Notes under the pieces: generated by a model | Seen by the model: the letters and a program-made list of their open reading frames with translations, nothing else | Told to the model about the DNA's origin: nothing | Databases searched by the model: none | In this document: positions 1 to 10,572 of the stretch, piece by piece | Layout: each line of letters starts with the position of its first letter | Numbering within the stretch: position 1 is the stretch's first letter | Source of the DNA: Candidatus Saccharimonadota bacterium | GTDB taxonomy: Bacteria; Pseudomonadota; Gammaproteobacteria; Enterobacterales; Enterobacteriaceae | Direction: 5' to 3' | NCBI GenBank assembly: GCA_036689225.1 | Contig: CP144768.1 | Coordinates: 187,311 to 219,310 of the forward strand | Length of the DNA stretch: 32,000 nucleotides | Translations under genes and position numbers: made by a program

Positions 1-122
1 ATAATAAATTTATAAATAAAATTAAAAAAATTATTAATTTAGATAGAAAAATATTATTTCAAATAATAAATTATGAAAATAAAAGTTTTAAAAAAATAAT
101 ATCTTTAATTAAAAAAAAATAA
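1..122 (+). CDS. rplT: 50S ribosomal protein L20, 3' end (5' end lies outside the window)
   Basis: Codons from nt 3 read NKFINKIKKIINLDRKILFQIINYENKSFKKIISLIKKK, then TAA at 120-122. INLDRKIL..I..F matches the C-terminus of E. coli L20 (IRIDRKILADIAVFDK). rplT sits directly upstream of pheS in E. coli. Confidence 0.6.
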   Translation, partial: NKFINKIKKIINLDRKILFQIINYENKSFKKIISLIKKK

Positions 123-138
123 ATTAATTTATTTTAAA

Positions 139-1113
139 ATGTCAAAATTTAAAAAATATATAAAAAAATTTAATAAAGATACAAAAAATATAAATAATAT
201 AAAATTTTTAAAAAAAATAGAAAAAAAATATTTAAATAAAAAAGGATATATAAATAATTTAATTAAAAATATTAAAAATTTACCTAAAAATGATATACCT
301 AAAAAAGGTAAAAAAATTAATAAAATAAAAATATATATAAAAAATAAAATAAATTTAATTAAAAAAAATATTTTAGAAAAAAAAAATAAAAATAAAAAAC
401 AATATATAGATATTTCTCTACCTGGAAGAAATCCTACTATAGGAAATAAACATATTATTACAATAACATTAAATAAAATAGAAAATTTTTTTCAAAAAAT
501 TGGTTTTTTAAATATAAAAGGAAATGAAATAGAAAATAAATATTATAATTTCGATTTATTAAATATAAATAAATATCATCCTTCAAGATCAAAAAAAGAT
601 ACATTTTGAATTAGTAAAAAAAAAATATTACGTACACATACTTCATGTTTACAAACAAAATATATAAAAAAAAATAAACCTCCAATAAAAATAATTACAT
701 CAGGATGTGTTTTTAGAAAAGATTATGATAAAACTCATACACCTATGTTTCATCAATTAGATTTATTTCTAATAGATAAAAATATAAATTTTACAAATTT
801 AAAATATATAATAACAAAATTTTTATTATTTTTTTTTGAAAAAAAAATTAAATTTAAATTTTTACCATCATATTTCCCTTTTACTGAACCTTCAGCAGAA
901 ATATTTATAAAAAATAAAAATAATAAATGATTAGAAATATTAGGATGTGGTTTAATACATCCAAAAATATTAAATAATTTAAATATTAATTCAAAAATAT
1001 ATTCAGGAATAGCATTAGGTTTAGGAATAGAAAGATTAATAATGATAAAATATAATATTAAAGATATAAGATTATTATATGAAAATAATATTAAATTATT
1101 AAAACAATTTTAA
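139..1113 (+). CDS. pheS: phenylalanine--tRNA ligase alpha subunit
   Basis: ATG at 139. Track ORFs 139-609 and 745-930 are one frame joined through TGA=Trp at 607-609 and 928-930; the gene ends at TAA 1111-1113. Class II synthetase motifs are present: LRTHTS, FRKDYDKTHTPMFHQLD, FPFTEPSAE, GCGLIHP, GLGIERL. Confidence 0.9.
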
Positions 1114-1128
1114 TTTTGGTATATAAAA

Positions 1129-3360
1129 ATGAAATTTTCTCCAACATGAATTAAAAAATATGTAAAAAATAATTTAAATATTAAAAATATAATTAATTTA
1201 TTAAATAATAATGGATTTGAAACAAATTATATTAATAAAATAAAAAATAATAAATATATAATTAAAAAAATAATATTATGTAAAATAAAAAAATCAAAAT
1301 TAAATTATATAAAAATAAAATATAAAAAAAAAATATATAAAATATTTATAAAAAAATTAAAACAAAATATAAAAAATAAATATATTTTAATAAATAAAAA
1401 AGATATAAAAAATAATAATTTTTTATTTTTAAAAAAAGAATATAATAAAAATTATATTTTTATACTTTATAAAAAAAAAAGTATTTTATTAAAAAATATT
1501 AAATATTTTAATAAAATAAATTTATTAGAAATAAATATACCATATAATAAAATAAATTATAATAATATATATTCTATATGTAAAAAAATATCATTATTAA
1601 TAAAAAAAAATATTTTAATAAAAAAAAATAAATTAAAAAAAAAAAATAAATATAATATAATTATAAAAAATAAAAATATAAATAAAAATATAATAAATTA
1701 TAAATATATTATTATAAATAATATTAAAAATATAAACAAAAAAATAAATATAAATTATAAAAAAAAACTAAATTTATTAAATATAAAAATTAATAATAAT
1801 ATAAAAGATATAATAAATTATATATTATTAGAGTCAGGACAAAAAATCATATATTTAGATTTAAACAAACTAATTAAATATAATAATTTAATTAAAAATT
1901 ATATATATATAAAAGAAAATTTTTTAATAACAAAAAATATAAAAAAATATTATATAAATAAAAAAACTAAAAATATAATACTAATAGCACCATTATTTAA
2001 TAATAAATATTTTATTAAAAATTATATTAATAACAAAAATAAAATAAATAAATATATAAGTAATAGTTATAAAAATATACAAAATATATTTTTACAAAAA
2101 ACATCAGAAATAATAAAAAAAATATATAAAACAAAATTAAATAAAATTAATACAATATATAATAAAAAAAATAAAATTAAAAAAAAAATTTTAATTTTAA
2201 AATTTAAATATTTCAAAAAAAAAATAGGATTTAATATAAAAAAAAAAAAAATATTTAATATTATCAAATATATAGGGTATAAAATAATTAAAAAAAAAAA
2301 AAAATGTATATATATTAAAATACCAAAATGAGAAAAAAATATAAATATAATAGAAAATGTTATATCAGAAATACTTAAAATATATGGTTATAATAAAATT
2401 CCAATAAAAAATTTTGATATAAATATAAAAATAGAAAATAAAAAAAATATATCAGAAAAAATAAATAATATAAAAAATATAATAACAAATATAGGATATA
2501 AAGAAATAATAAATTTTCAATTTACTAATATAAAAAAAGAATATTTATTTTTTAAAAAAAAAAAAAATATAAAAATATATAATCCAATATCTAAAAATAT
2601 TGGGTGATTAAGAACTTCTTTAATACCTAACATGATAGATATTTTAAAATTTAATGTAAAAAAACAAGAAGAAAGTATTAAATTTTTTGAATTAGGAAAA
2701 TGTTTTAATAAAAAAAATAATAATAAAATAAAAGAAAATATAAAAATAGCTTTAATTATATATGGTTATAAAAAAAAAGATAAATGATATACAGAAAATA
2801 AATATTTTGATTTCTATGATATAAAAGGAAATTTAGAATATATTTTTAAAATACAAAATAAAATAAAATATTTAAATATAAAAAAATCTAATAATAATAT
2901 TTTAGATAAATATCAAAATACAAATATATATTTTAAAAAAAAAAAAATAGGTTATATGGGTATGTTAAATAAAAAAATACAATATAAATATTTATTTAAA
3001 TATCCAATATATTTATTTGAAATAAATATAAAAAATATTTTATTTAAAAAAAAAATATACATAAAAAATATATCAAAATATCAAAATAATAAAAGAGATA
3101 TTACATTAATAATAAATAAAAATATATCAATAAATAAAATAATAAAAAAATGTTTATCAATAAATAAAAAATTAATAAAAAAAATAAATATTATTAAAAT
3201 ATATAAAAATAATTATTTAAAAAATTTAAAAAAAAAAAATATAACATTAAGATTAAATATACAAGATAATAAAAAAACACTTAAAACAAAAGAAATAAAT
3301 AATATCATTGATATATGTAAAAAAATGTTAATAAAAAAATTTAATGCTTCTATAAACTAA
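1129..3360 (+). CDS. pheT: phenylalanine--tRNA ligase beta subunit (743 aa, very K/N/I-rich)
   Basis: MKFSPTWIKKYV matches the E. coli PheT N-terminus MKFSELWLREWV. I read frame 1 codon by codon from 1129 to 3360 and found no TAA or TAG. In-frame TGA codons lie at 1147, 2329, 2605 and 2785. NYILLESGQ and IPKWEKNINIIENVISEILKIYGYNKIP match E. coli NYVLLELGQ and [27 protein letters not shown]. Only the last 134 aa appear in the ORF track. Confidence 0.85.
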
Positions 3361-3540
3361 AATATCATATTAAAAAAATAAATTATATTTATATAAAAAA
3401 ATAAAATTAATAATATTTAATTATATTAAATATAAAACAAAAAATAAATAAAATATAAAATAATATATATATATTAATAAATAATAAATTAATTAATTTA
3501 AAAAAAATCATAAATAAATAATATAAATAGGAAATTAATT

Positions 3541-4272
3541 ATGAAAAAATATTCATATTATTTTTATAAACTAAATATTAATAAATATATAAATAAAATA
3601 TATAGATGAATGTCATATAGTTTATTAATAACATCATTTATATCATGATATATAATAAAAATACCATTTATTTTAGAAATGATATTTTTTAATAAATTAT
3701 TTTTATCTACTATTTTACTAAGTCAATTAATAATTGTTTTTATACTTTCTAATATAATAAATCAAATAACTATTAAAATAGCTACTTTACTATTTTTAAT
3801 ATATTCAATATTAACAGGAATATCTATATCAAGTATATTTTTAATATATACATATTCTTCAATATGAGTATCATTCTTTATATGTAGTATCATGTTTATG
3901 ATAATGACTTTTTGAGGTTATAAATCAAAAATAGATCTAACAAAAGTAGGAAATATTTCTTTAATGTTAATAATAGGTACTATTTTAAGTACCTTATTAA
4001 ATATAATATTAAAAAGTTCTATTATAATATGATCAACTTCATATATAGGTATATTATCATTTTGTATATTAATATCTTGAGATACTCAAAAAATAAAAGA
4101 AATAGGAAAAAACATATTAAATAAAAATAATAATGATTATAATAATGAAGAATTTAAAAAATATTCTATATTAGGAGCATTAATTTTATATTTAGATTTT
4201 ATTAATTTATATTTATTAATATTAAAATTATCAGGAATAAAAAATAATAAAAAAAATAAAAACAAAAAATAA
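3541..4272 (+). CDS. ybhL: BAX inhibitor-1/YccA family inner-membrane protein (YbhL-like)
   Basis: ATG at 3541, preceded by AGGA at 3529-3532. Frame 1 is open to TAA 4270-4272, with 6 in-frame TGA codons. IYRWMSYSLLITSFISWY, LFLIYSILTGISISSIF, SWDTQKIKE and KKYSILGALILYLDFINLYLLILK closely parallel E. coli YbhL (VYGWMTVGLLLTAFVAWY, LFMLYSALTGLTLSSIF, AYDTQKLKN, RKYSILGALTLYLDFINLFLMLLR). Confidence 0.8.
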
Positions 4273-4278
4273 AAAAAA

Positions 4279-4311
4279 TTTTCTTATAAGAAAAATAAAT
4301 TCTTATAAGAA
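4279..4311. repeat. two copies of a self-complementary motif (TTTTCTTATAAGAAAA at 4279-4294, TTCTTATAAGAA at 4300-4311); possible weak bidirectional terminator
   Basis: Read directly from the 50-nt spacer between convergent ybhL (ends 4272) and ppa (ends 4323). Each copy is a perfect palindrome, and the copies can also pair with each other. The stems are short and nearly all A/T, so a terminator function is speculative. Confidence 0.35.
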
Positions 4312-4322
4312 AATTATATAAT

Positions 4323-4856
4323 TTATTTATATTTATTTTTATATAAATTAATAGAATTTAAAATTATATTTTTAGATTCATGAACATCATATAAATTATC
4401 AATTTCTATTCATTTATCTTTTTCTAAATCTTTATAATGTTTAAAAAAATATAATATTTTATTTAATAAAATTTTAGATATATCACATATATCTTGTATT
4501 GAATCATATTCATTTGTAATATTATAATTAGGTATAGCTAATATTTTATTATCTTTACCTAATTCATCAGTTAATTTTAATACCCCTATAGGTCTACAAT
4601 GTATAACAGAATTAATATACAATGGATATTTACAAATAACTAATACATCTAAAGGATCTTTATCATCAGATAAAGTATTATTTATATATCCATAATTAAA
4701 AGGATATAATATAGGAACTTTTATAAATCTATCTACTCATATAGAATCATATTTTTTATTTTTTTCATATTTTACATAACATGTATTTAAAGGAATTTCT
4801 ATAATAACATAAATATCATTAGGAATATTTTTTCCTGAAGGAATATTATTTTTCAT
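4323..4856 (-). CDS. ppa: inorganic pyrophosphatase
   Basis: ATG at 4856-4854, with AAGGA 10 nt upstream. MKNNIPSGKNIPNDIYVIIEIP... continues through the track ORF (IHCRPIGVLKLTDELGKDNKILAIP...FFKHYKDLEKDK), then TGA at 4410-4412, then WIEI..., ending at TAA (complement of 4323-4325). Compare E. coli [26 protein letters not shown]...FFEHYKDLEKGKWVKV. Confidence 0.92.
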
Positions 4857-4894
4857 AAAACATAAATCCTTAAAATATATTTAATAAATAATTT

Positions 4895-4916
4895 ATATAT
4901 ATATATATATATATAT
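4895..4916. repeat. (AT)11 dinucleotide microsatellite in the ppa/pmbA divergent spacer
   Basis: A 22-nt perfect AT repeat, read directly from the sequence. Confidence 0.9.
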
Positions 4917-4932
4917 TATAATGAAATAAATT

Positions 4933-6279
4933 ATGAAAATTAATAATATATATAAAAATATTAAAAAAATAACTAAAATATTTAAAAAAATTAAAAAATC
5001 AGTAAAAACAAAAATAGAAATCAAAGTTAATATTAATAAAGAAACAAATGTAAAAATAAAAAATAAAAATATAGAAAATATAGAATTTAAAAAAAATATA
5101 TTAATGAATATAACATCATATTTTAAAAAAAAAAAATGTAATATTATATGTAATAATTTAAATACAAAAAATATAAAAAAATATATTAATTATATAAATA
5201 ATACAATTAATTATATTACAAAAGATAAAAATAATCATTTACCTAAAAAAAATATATTTATTAAAAAACAAAAAAAAAATTTAGGAATATATTTTAAAGA
5301 TAATATTAATATAAAACAAATGATTAATATATCAAAAAATATAGAACAAAATTCAATAAATTTAAATAAAAAAATTTTAAGTGATAGTACTTCATTTAGT
5401 AAAATAAAAAATATATATATTATATATAATGATTATAAAAAAATAAAAATTTATAAATGTAATTTTTATTTAATAATTCATAATATTATTATAAAAAATA
5501 AAAATATTATGGAATATGATACAATTTATTTATATAAACACAAATTATCAGATATTTTAAATAAATATCATTATTTAAGCAAAAAAATAATTAAAAATAT
5601 AATAATAAAAACAAAACAAAAAAATATAAAAACTGGTAAATATTCTATTATATTTAATAATGAAACAAGCAGTGAAATATTTAAATATTTATCTAATTCA
5701 ATACAAGGTAAACATATATATTATAAAACTTCTTTTTTATATAAAAAATTAAATAAAAAAATATTACCAAAATGAATAGATATTATAGAAAATCCTTATT
5801 TATATAAAGGTATAGGTACAAAACCTTTTGATAATGAAGGATTAAATACAAAAAAATATTATGTCATAAAAAATGGTATTTTAAAAACTTGAATATTAAA
5901 TTCATATTATTCAAAAAAACTAAATATGAAAAATACATTTAACTCTGGAGGAATACATAATTGAATAATAAAAAATAAAAAAAATAATATAACTTTTAAA
6001 AAATTAATAAAATTAATGAAAAATGGAATTATTATAGATAAATTATTAGGACAAGGAATAAATATAAACACAGGTTTATATTCAGAAGGAATATGTGGAT
6101 ATTTAGTAAAAAATGGAAAAATAAAAAATTATATAAATGAAGCAACAATATCAGGTAAATTAATAAACTTATATAAAAATATAAAAAATATAAGTAATAA
6201 CATAAATATAAATTCAAAAATTATAATAGGATCTATATTAATAGATAATATTTATGTAACAGGTAAAAAAAATATTTAA
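4933..6279 (+). CDS. pmbA: metalloprotease PmbA/TldE (TldD/PmbA family)
   Basis: Track ORFs 4933-5775 and 6016-6279 share frame 1 and are joined through TGA at 5773, 5890 and 5962. KPFDNEGLNTKKYYVIKNGILKTWILNSYYSKKL...SGGIHNWII...GQGININTGLYSEGICGYLVKNGKI..EATISGKL parallels E. coli PmbA (FPFDSEGVRT...DGILTQWLLTSYSARKL...AGGIHNWRI...[33 protein letters not shown]). Confidence 0.85.
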
Positions 6280-6283
6280 TATA

Positions 6284-7369
6284 CTATTTTAGTAAATTAA
6301 AACAATTAAATAATTTATATATTTTTTTTAAATAATTTATTACATATTTTTGACTATATTTAATTCAAATTCTAGGATCATAATATTTTTTATTAGGTTT
6401 ATAAATACCTTCAGGATTACCTAATTGTGAATTTAAATATTCTTTATTATTTAAATAATAATTTAAAATACCTTTTCAACAACATCATTGTATATCTGTA
6501 TCTAAATTTATTTTAATAATACCATAATTTATAGATTCTTTTATAATATTTTTACTTGTACCAGATCCGCCATGAAATACAAAATTTAAAGGATTTTTAT
6601 TATTTAAATTAAATTTTTTTCTAATTAATTTCTGTGAAAAATATAATATTTTAGGAGATAATTTAACATTATTTAATTTATATACACCATGTACATTTCC
6701 AAAAGAAGCAGCAATTATAAACATTTTACTAATTTTAATTAATTTGTTATAAGCATAATAAACATCATTAGGATTAGTATATAATTTATTATTAGATATA
6801 TTTCTATTATCTAATCCATCTTCTTCACCTCCAGTACATCCAAGTTCAAATTCAAGATTTATATTAATATTTGATAATTTATATAAATATTTACTACAAA
6901 TATTAATATTATCTTTAATATTATAATTAGATAAATCTATCATATGAGAACTAAATAATGATTTTCCAAATTTTTTAAAATGCAAAATATTATTTTTAAT
7001 TAAACCATCTATTCATCCTAAATTTTCTTTAATACAATGATCAGTATGTAATATAACAGGAACATTATAATATTTAGATACTTTTTGAATATATTTAGCA
7101 AATAAAGTAGCACCATAAATAGCATATTTTATTTTATTTCTACTTGAAATATTTTTTCCAATAAAGAAAATAGAACCAGAAAAAGAAATTTGTATAATTA
7201 CTATTGTATTAAATTTACTAGCTGATTTTAAAATACAATTAATAGAATTTGTATCAATACAATTGATAGCAGCTAAAGCAATTTTTTTTTTTTTTAATAA
7301 AATAAAAATATCATACATTTCTTTTCCTGTAACAATACCAGGTTTAATAAAATTTAAAATATTATACAT
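6284..7369 (-). CDS. fbaA: fructose-bisphosphate aldolase, class II
   Basis: ATG at 7369, with AAGGT 5 nt upstream. Track ORFs 7013-7369 and 6485-6985 plus a 67-codon tail form one frame through TGA at 7013, 6485, 6476 and 6365. The stop is TAG (complement of 6284-6286). PVILHTDHC, LFSSHMIDLS, LEFELGCTGGEEDG, IAASFGNVHGVYK, NFVFHGGSG and NKKYYDPRIW match E. coli FbaA almost residue for residue. Confidence 0.93.
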
Positions 7370-7404
7370 AACTAACCTTATAAATTAATATTAAAATATT
7401 ATAT

Positions 7405-8568
7405 TTATTTTTTAAAATATTTTTTTAAAATAGAAATTACCGGTAATTTTTTATCTTCTATAAATTTTAAAAAAGAACCACCACCACTAGATATATAAGA
7501 AATTTTATTAGATAAACCAAGTAATTCAAGTGCTAATATTGTATCACCACCACCTACTATACTAAATGCATTACTTTTTACTATAGCATTAGCTATTATT
7601 TCAGTACCTTTACGAAAATTTAAAAATTCAAAAACACCTACAGGACCATTTCATAAAATAGTTTTAGCTTTCATAATAATTTTAGCAATAAATTTAGCAG
7701 TATTATCTCCAAAATCAATAATTTCTTCATTATCAGAAATATCATAAATATTTTTAACATAAGAAATAGCAGATTCTGAAAATTCTTTTGTTACTCTACA
7801 ATCAATAGGAACAGGAATATTATATTTATCACGTAATTTTTTAGCTTTATTAATATATAAAGGTTCATATAAAGATTTACCTATTTTATAATCTATAGCT
7901 ATAAAAGTATTAGAAATACCTCCTCCAACTATTAATGTATCTGATATTTTAGCTAAACTATTTAATATATTAAATTTAGTAGAAATTTTAGATCCTCCAA
8001 CTATAGAAACTACTGGTCTAATAGGATTAGAAATAAACATAGATAACATTTTAATTTCATTATAAAATAATATACCTATACAAGAAATATTTGCATATTT
8101 TATAACTCCATATGTAGAAGAATGTTTTCTATGAGCAGTAGCAAAAGCATCCATTACAAAAACATCACATAATTTAGAATATTTCTTAGATAATAAACTA
8201 TTATTTTTACTTTCACCAATATTAAATCTTACATTTTCTAATACTAAAATTTCATTTTTAGATTTAAATTTTAATTTTTTTAAATTTAAATAATTATTTA
8301 TTAATTTAATAGAAATTTTTAATTTTTTTTTTAAATATTTCACTATTGGTAATAAAGAAAAATTAATATCATATTTACCTTCAATTGGTCTACCTAAATG
8401 AGAAAATATTATTAAATAACCACCTTTTTTTAAAATATATTTCATAGTAGGTAAAGATAATTCTATACGTCTATTAGACATAATTATACCATTTTTAATA
8501 GGTACATTTAAATCACATCTAAGTAAAATTTTTTTATTAAATAAATTAACATTTTGAATCTTTAACAT
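7405..8568 (-). CDS. pgk: phosphoglycerate kinase (387 aa)
   Basis: Track ORF 7651-8568 continues past TGA 7651-7653 as [10 protein letters not shown]...GGGDT...[11 protein letters not shown], ending at TAA (complement of 7405-7407). RCDLNVP, FSHLGRP and AHR motifs are present. It lies directly upstream of fbaA, as in E. coli pgk-fbaA. Confidence 0.93.
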
Positions 8569-8634
8569 TTATATTTTTACCTAAAAATTTTTATTTAAAT
8601 TATATTATAATTATATATTAAAAATAATTTAAAT

Positions 8635-9156
8635 TTATATTATATTATATATATCTAAAATTAATTTGCTAACTCATATATATATTCTTTTATCAGTTAA
8701 ATTAGATTGATTATATTCATCTATTATTAAACCAATAAAATAATTTTTATTTAATAAACTTTTAGAATAATTAAAATTATAATTTATAGAAGGTCAATAA
8801 CCTATTATTTTAGCATTTTTTTTATATACAACATTATATAATTTATATAATCCATTACAAAAACAATTACTATATTCTTTTTGATTACCACAACCAAAAA
8901 AAGATACTATTTTATTATAAAAATTTATTTTTTTAAATGAATCAAAAAAAATATTTCAATCATATTGTAATTTTCCATAATATCAAGTAGATGTTCCTAA
9001 TATAAAAATATCATAATTTAAAAAATCATTTTTAGAAACATTAGAAATATCTAATATATTAACAAAAAAAAAATTAGATATTTTATTTTTAATTTTATAA
9101 GCAACTTTTTTAGTATTACCAGTATTACTACCAAAAAATATTCCTATATTATACAT
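8635..9156 (-). CDS. fldA: flavodoxin (long-chain, FldA-like); absent from the supplied ORF track
   Basis: Reverse-strand ATG at 9156-9154, with GGAG 5 nt upstream. MYNIGIFFGSNTGNTKKVA...ILGTSTWYYGKLQYDWNIFF...FFGCGNQKEYSNCFCN...IGYWPS...FIGLIIDEYNQSNLTDKRIYIWV matches E. coli FldA (ITGIFFGSDTGNTENIA...[20 protein letters not shown]...LFGCGDQEDYAEYFCD...VGHWPT...FVGLAIDEDRQPELTAERVEKWV). All four Trp residues are TGA (e.g. 8983-8985, 8956-8958). Stop is TAA (complement of 8635-8637). Confidence 0.88.
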
Positions 9157-9214
9157 AAAATCTCCAAAATTAATTATATATTATATTTTAATATATAATT
9201 TTATATTAAATAAT

Positions 9215-10021
9215 ATGAAAAATAAAAAAATAATAATTATAGATTCAGGTATAGGTGGTTTATCTATTTTAAAAAAAATAATTTCAATAAAAATTAATTA
9301 TATATATATAATGGATAATTATGGATTTCCTTATGGAAATAAAAATTATATATATATAGCAAATAGAATATATAAAATATTATTATTTTTATCTAAAAAA
9401 TATAATATAATTTTTACAATTATTGCTTGTAATACTGCAAGTATTACAATATTAAATTATATAAAAAAAAAATTTAATTTTCCTATATTTGGAATATTAC
9501 CAAATATAAAAAAAGCAATAAAAAAAACAAAAAATAATTTAATTTTACTATTAGGCACATATATTACAATTAATTCTAATTATATTAATAATATAATTAA
9601 AAAAATTTCAAATAAAATAAAAATAATAAAATTATATTCTTCAAAATTAGTAAATTATGCTGAAAAAAAAATAAAATATAATTTTAAAATAAAAAATAAA
9701 TATATTAAAAATATTATAATAAAAAAAAATAAAAAAAAAATAAATCCAGATACTTTAATTATAGGATGTACACATTTTTCTTTTTTAAAAAAAGAATTTA
9801 AAAATATATTTAATAAAAATATATATATTATAGAATATATAAATAAAATAAAAAAAAAAATATATAAATATATAAAATTATTAAATAATAAAAAAAAAAA
9901 AATTAAAATTAAAAAAAAAAATTATTTTTTATATACAAAAAAACAAAAATTTAATAATAAATTTATTAAAAAAATTAAAAATATTTATAAAATAAATATT
10001 TTAAAAAAAATAAAAATATAA
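9215..10021 (+). CDS. murI: glutamate racemase
   Basis: Single open ORF of 268 aa. [16 protein letters not shown] and IIGCTHFSF correspond to the MurI motifs DSGVGGLSV, ACNTAS and GCTHYP, which carry the two catalytic Cys residues. Confidence 0.8.
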   Translation: [268 protein letters not shown]

Positions 10022-10023
10022 AA

Positions 10024-10572
10024 ATGAAAAAAATATTAATATATTTAAATAAATATTATTGAAATATTATATATATAATATATTTAATTAATAAATTTGT
10101 TGAATTTCCATTAATATTAATTACATATAATATATTATTATTTATTTACATAAAAATAATAAAAAAAAAAAACATAACTAAAAATATATTATTATTAACA
10201 ATAATACTTATAATATCTTTATTAATAAAAAAAATAATTAAAAAAATAATATTTATAAATAGACCATATATAAATATATTAAATAATATTAAAAAATATA
10301 AAAATATAAAAAAATATTATAATATACCAATATGATTAATAAAACATTGAAAAAAAAAAAAAGATAGTTCTTTTCCATCTGGACATACAATATTTTGTAA
10401 TTTTTGAATTATAATTTTTAAAAAAAAAAAAAAATGATATATATATATTATAAAAAAAATATTTATAATTATTATTATTAGTAGATTATTATTATATTTA
10501 CATAGAATAGAAGATATAATATTTAGTATTATAATAAATATTATTATAAATAAAATATTTTTTATATATTAA
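10024..10572 (+). CDS. pgpB: PAP2-family phosphatase, PgpB-like (phosphatidylglycerophosphatase B / undecaprenyl-diphosphate phosphatase); absent from the supplied ORF track
   Basis: ATG at 10024, 2 nt after the murI stop. I read frame 1 codon by codon to TAA 10570-10572, with TGA at 10060, 10333, 10348, 10405 and 10435. All three PAP2 motifs are present: K-x6-RP (KKIIFINRP), PSGH (SFPSGHT) and SR-x5-H-x3-D (SRLLLYLHRIED). NIPIWLIKHWKKKKDSSFPSGHT and SRLLLYLHRIEDI parallel E. coli PgpB NIPQYLRSHWQKETGFAFPSGHT and SRLLLGMHWPRDL. At 182 aa it is shorter than E. coli PgpB. Confidence 0.65.

Noticed and set aside
2067-2267. Track ORF (66 aa, minus strand).
   Set aside because: It is antisense to pheT. 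The F/L/I/Y-rich product is the expected mirror image of an A-rich sense strand, and it has no homology features.
3361-3540. Calling sigma-70 promoters (TATAAT/TTGACA-like hexamers) in spacers such as 3361-3540, 11477-11609, 15721-15812 and 21353-21433.
   Set aside because: TATAAT-like hexamers occur every few nucleotides throughout both coding and non-coding DNA at this composition. No specific call can be supported from the sequence alone.
6032-6217. Track ORF (61 aa, minus strand).
   Set aside because: It is antisense to the well-conserved C-terminus of pmbA and is a low-complexity L/Y/F product.
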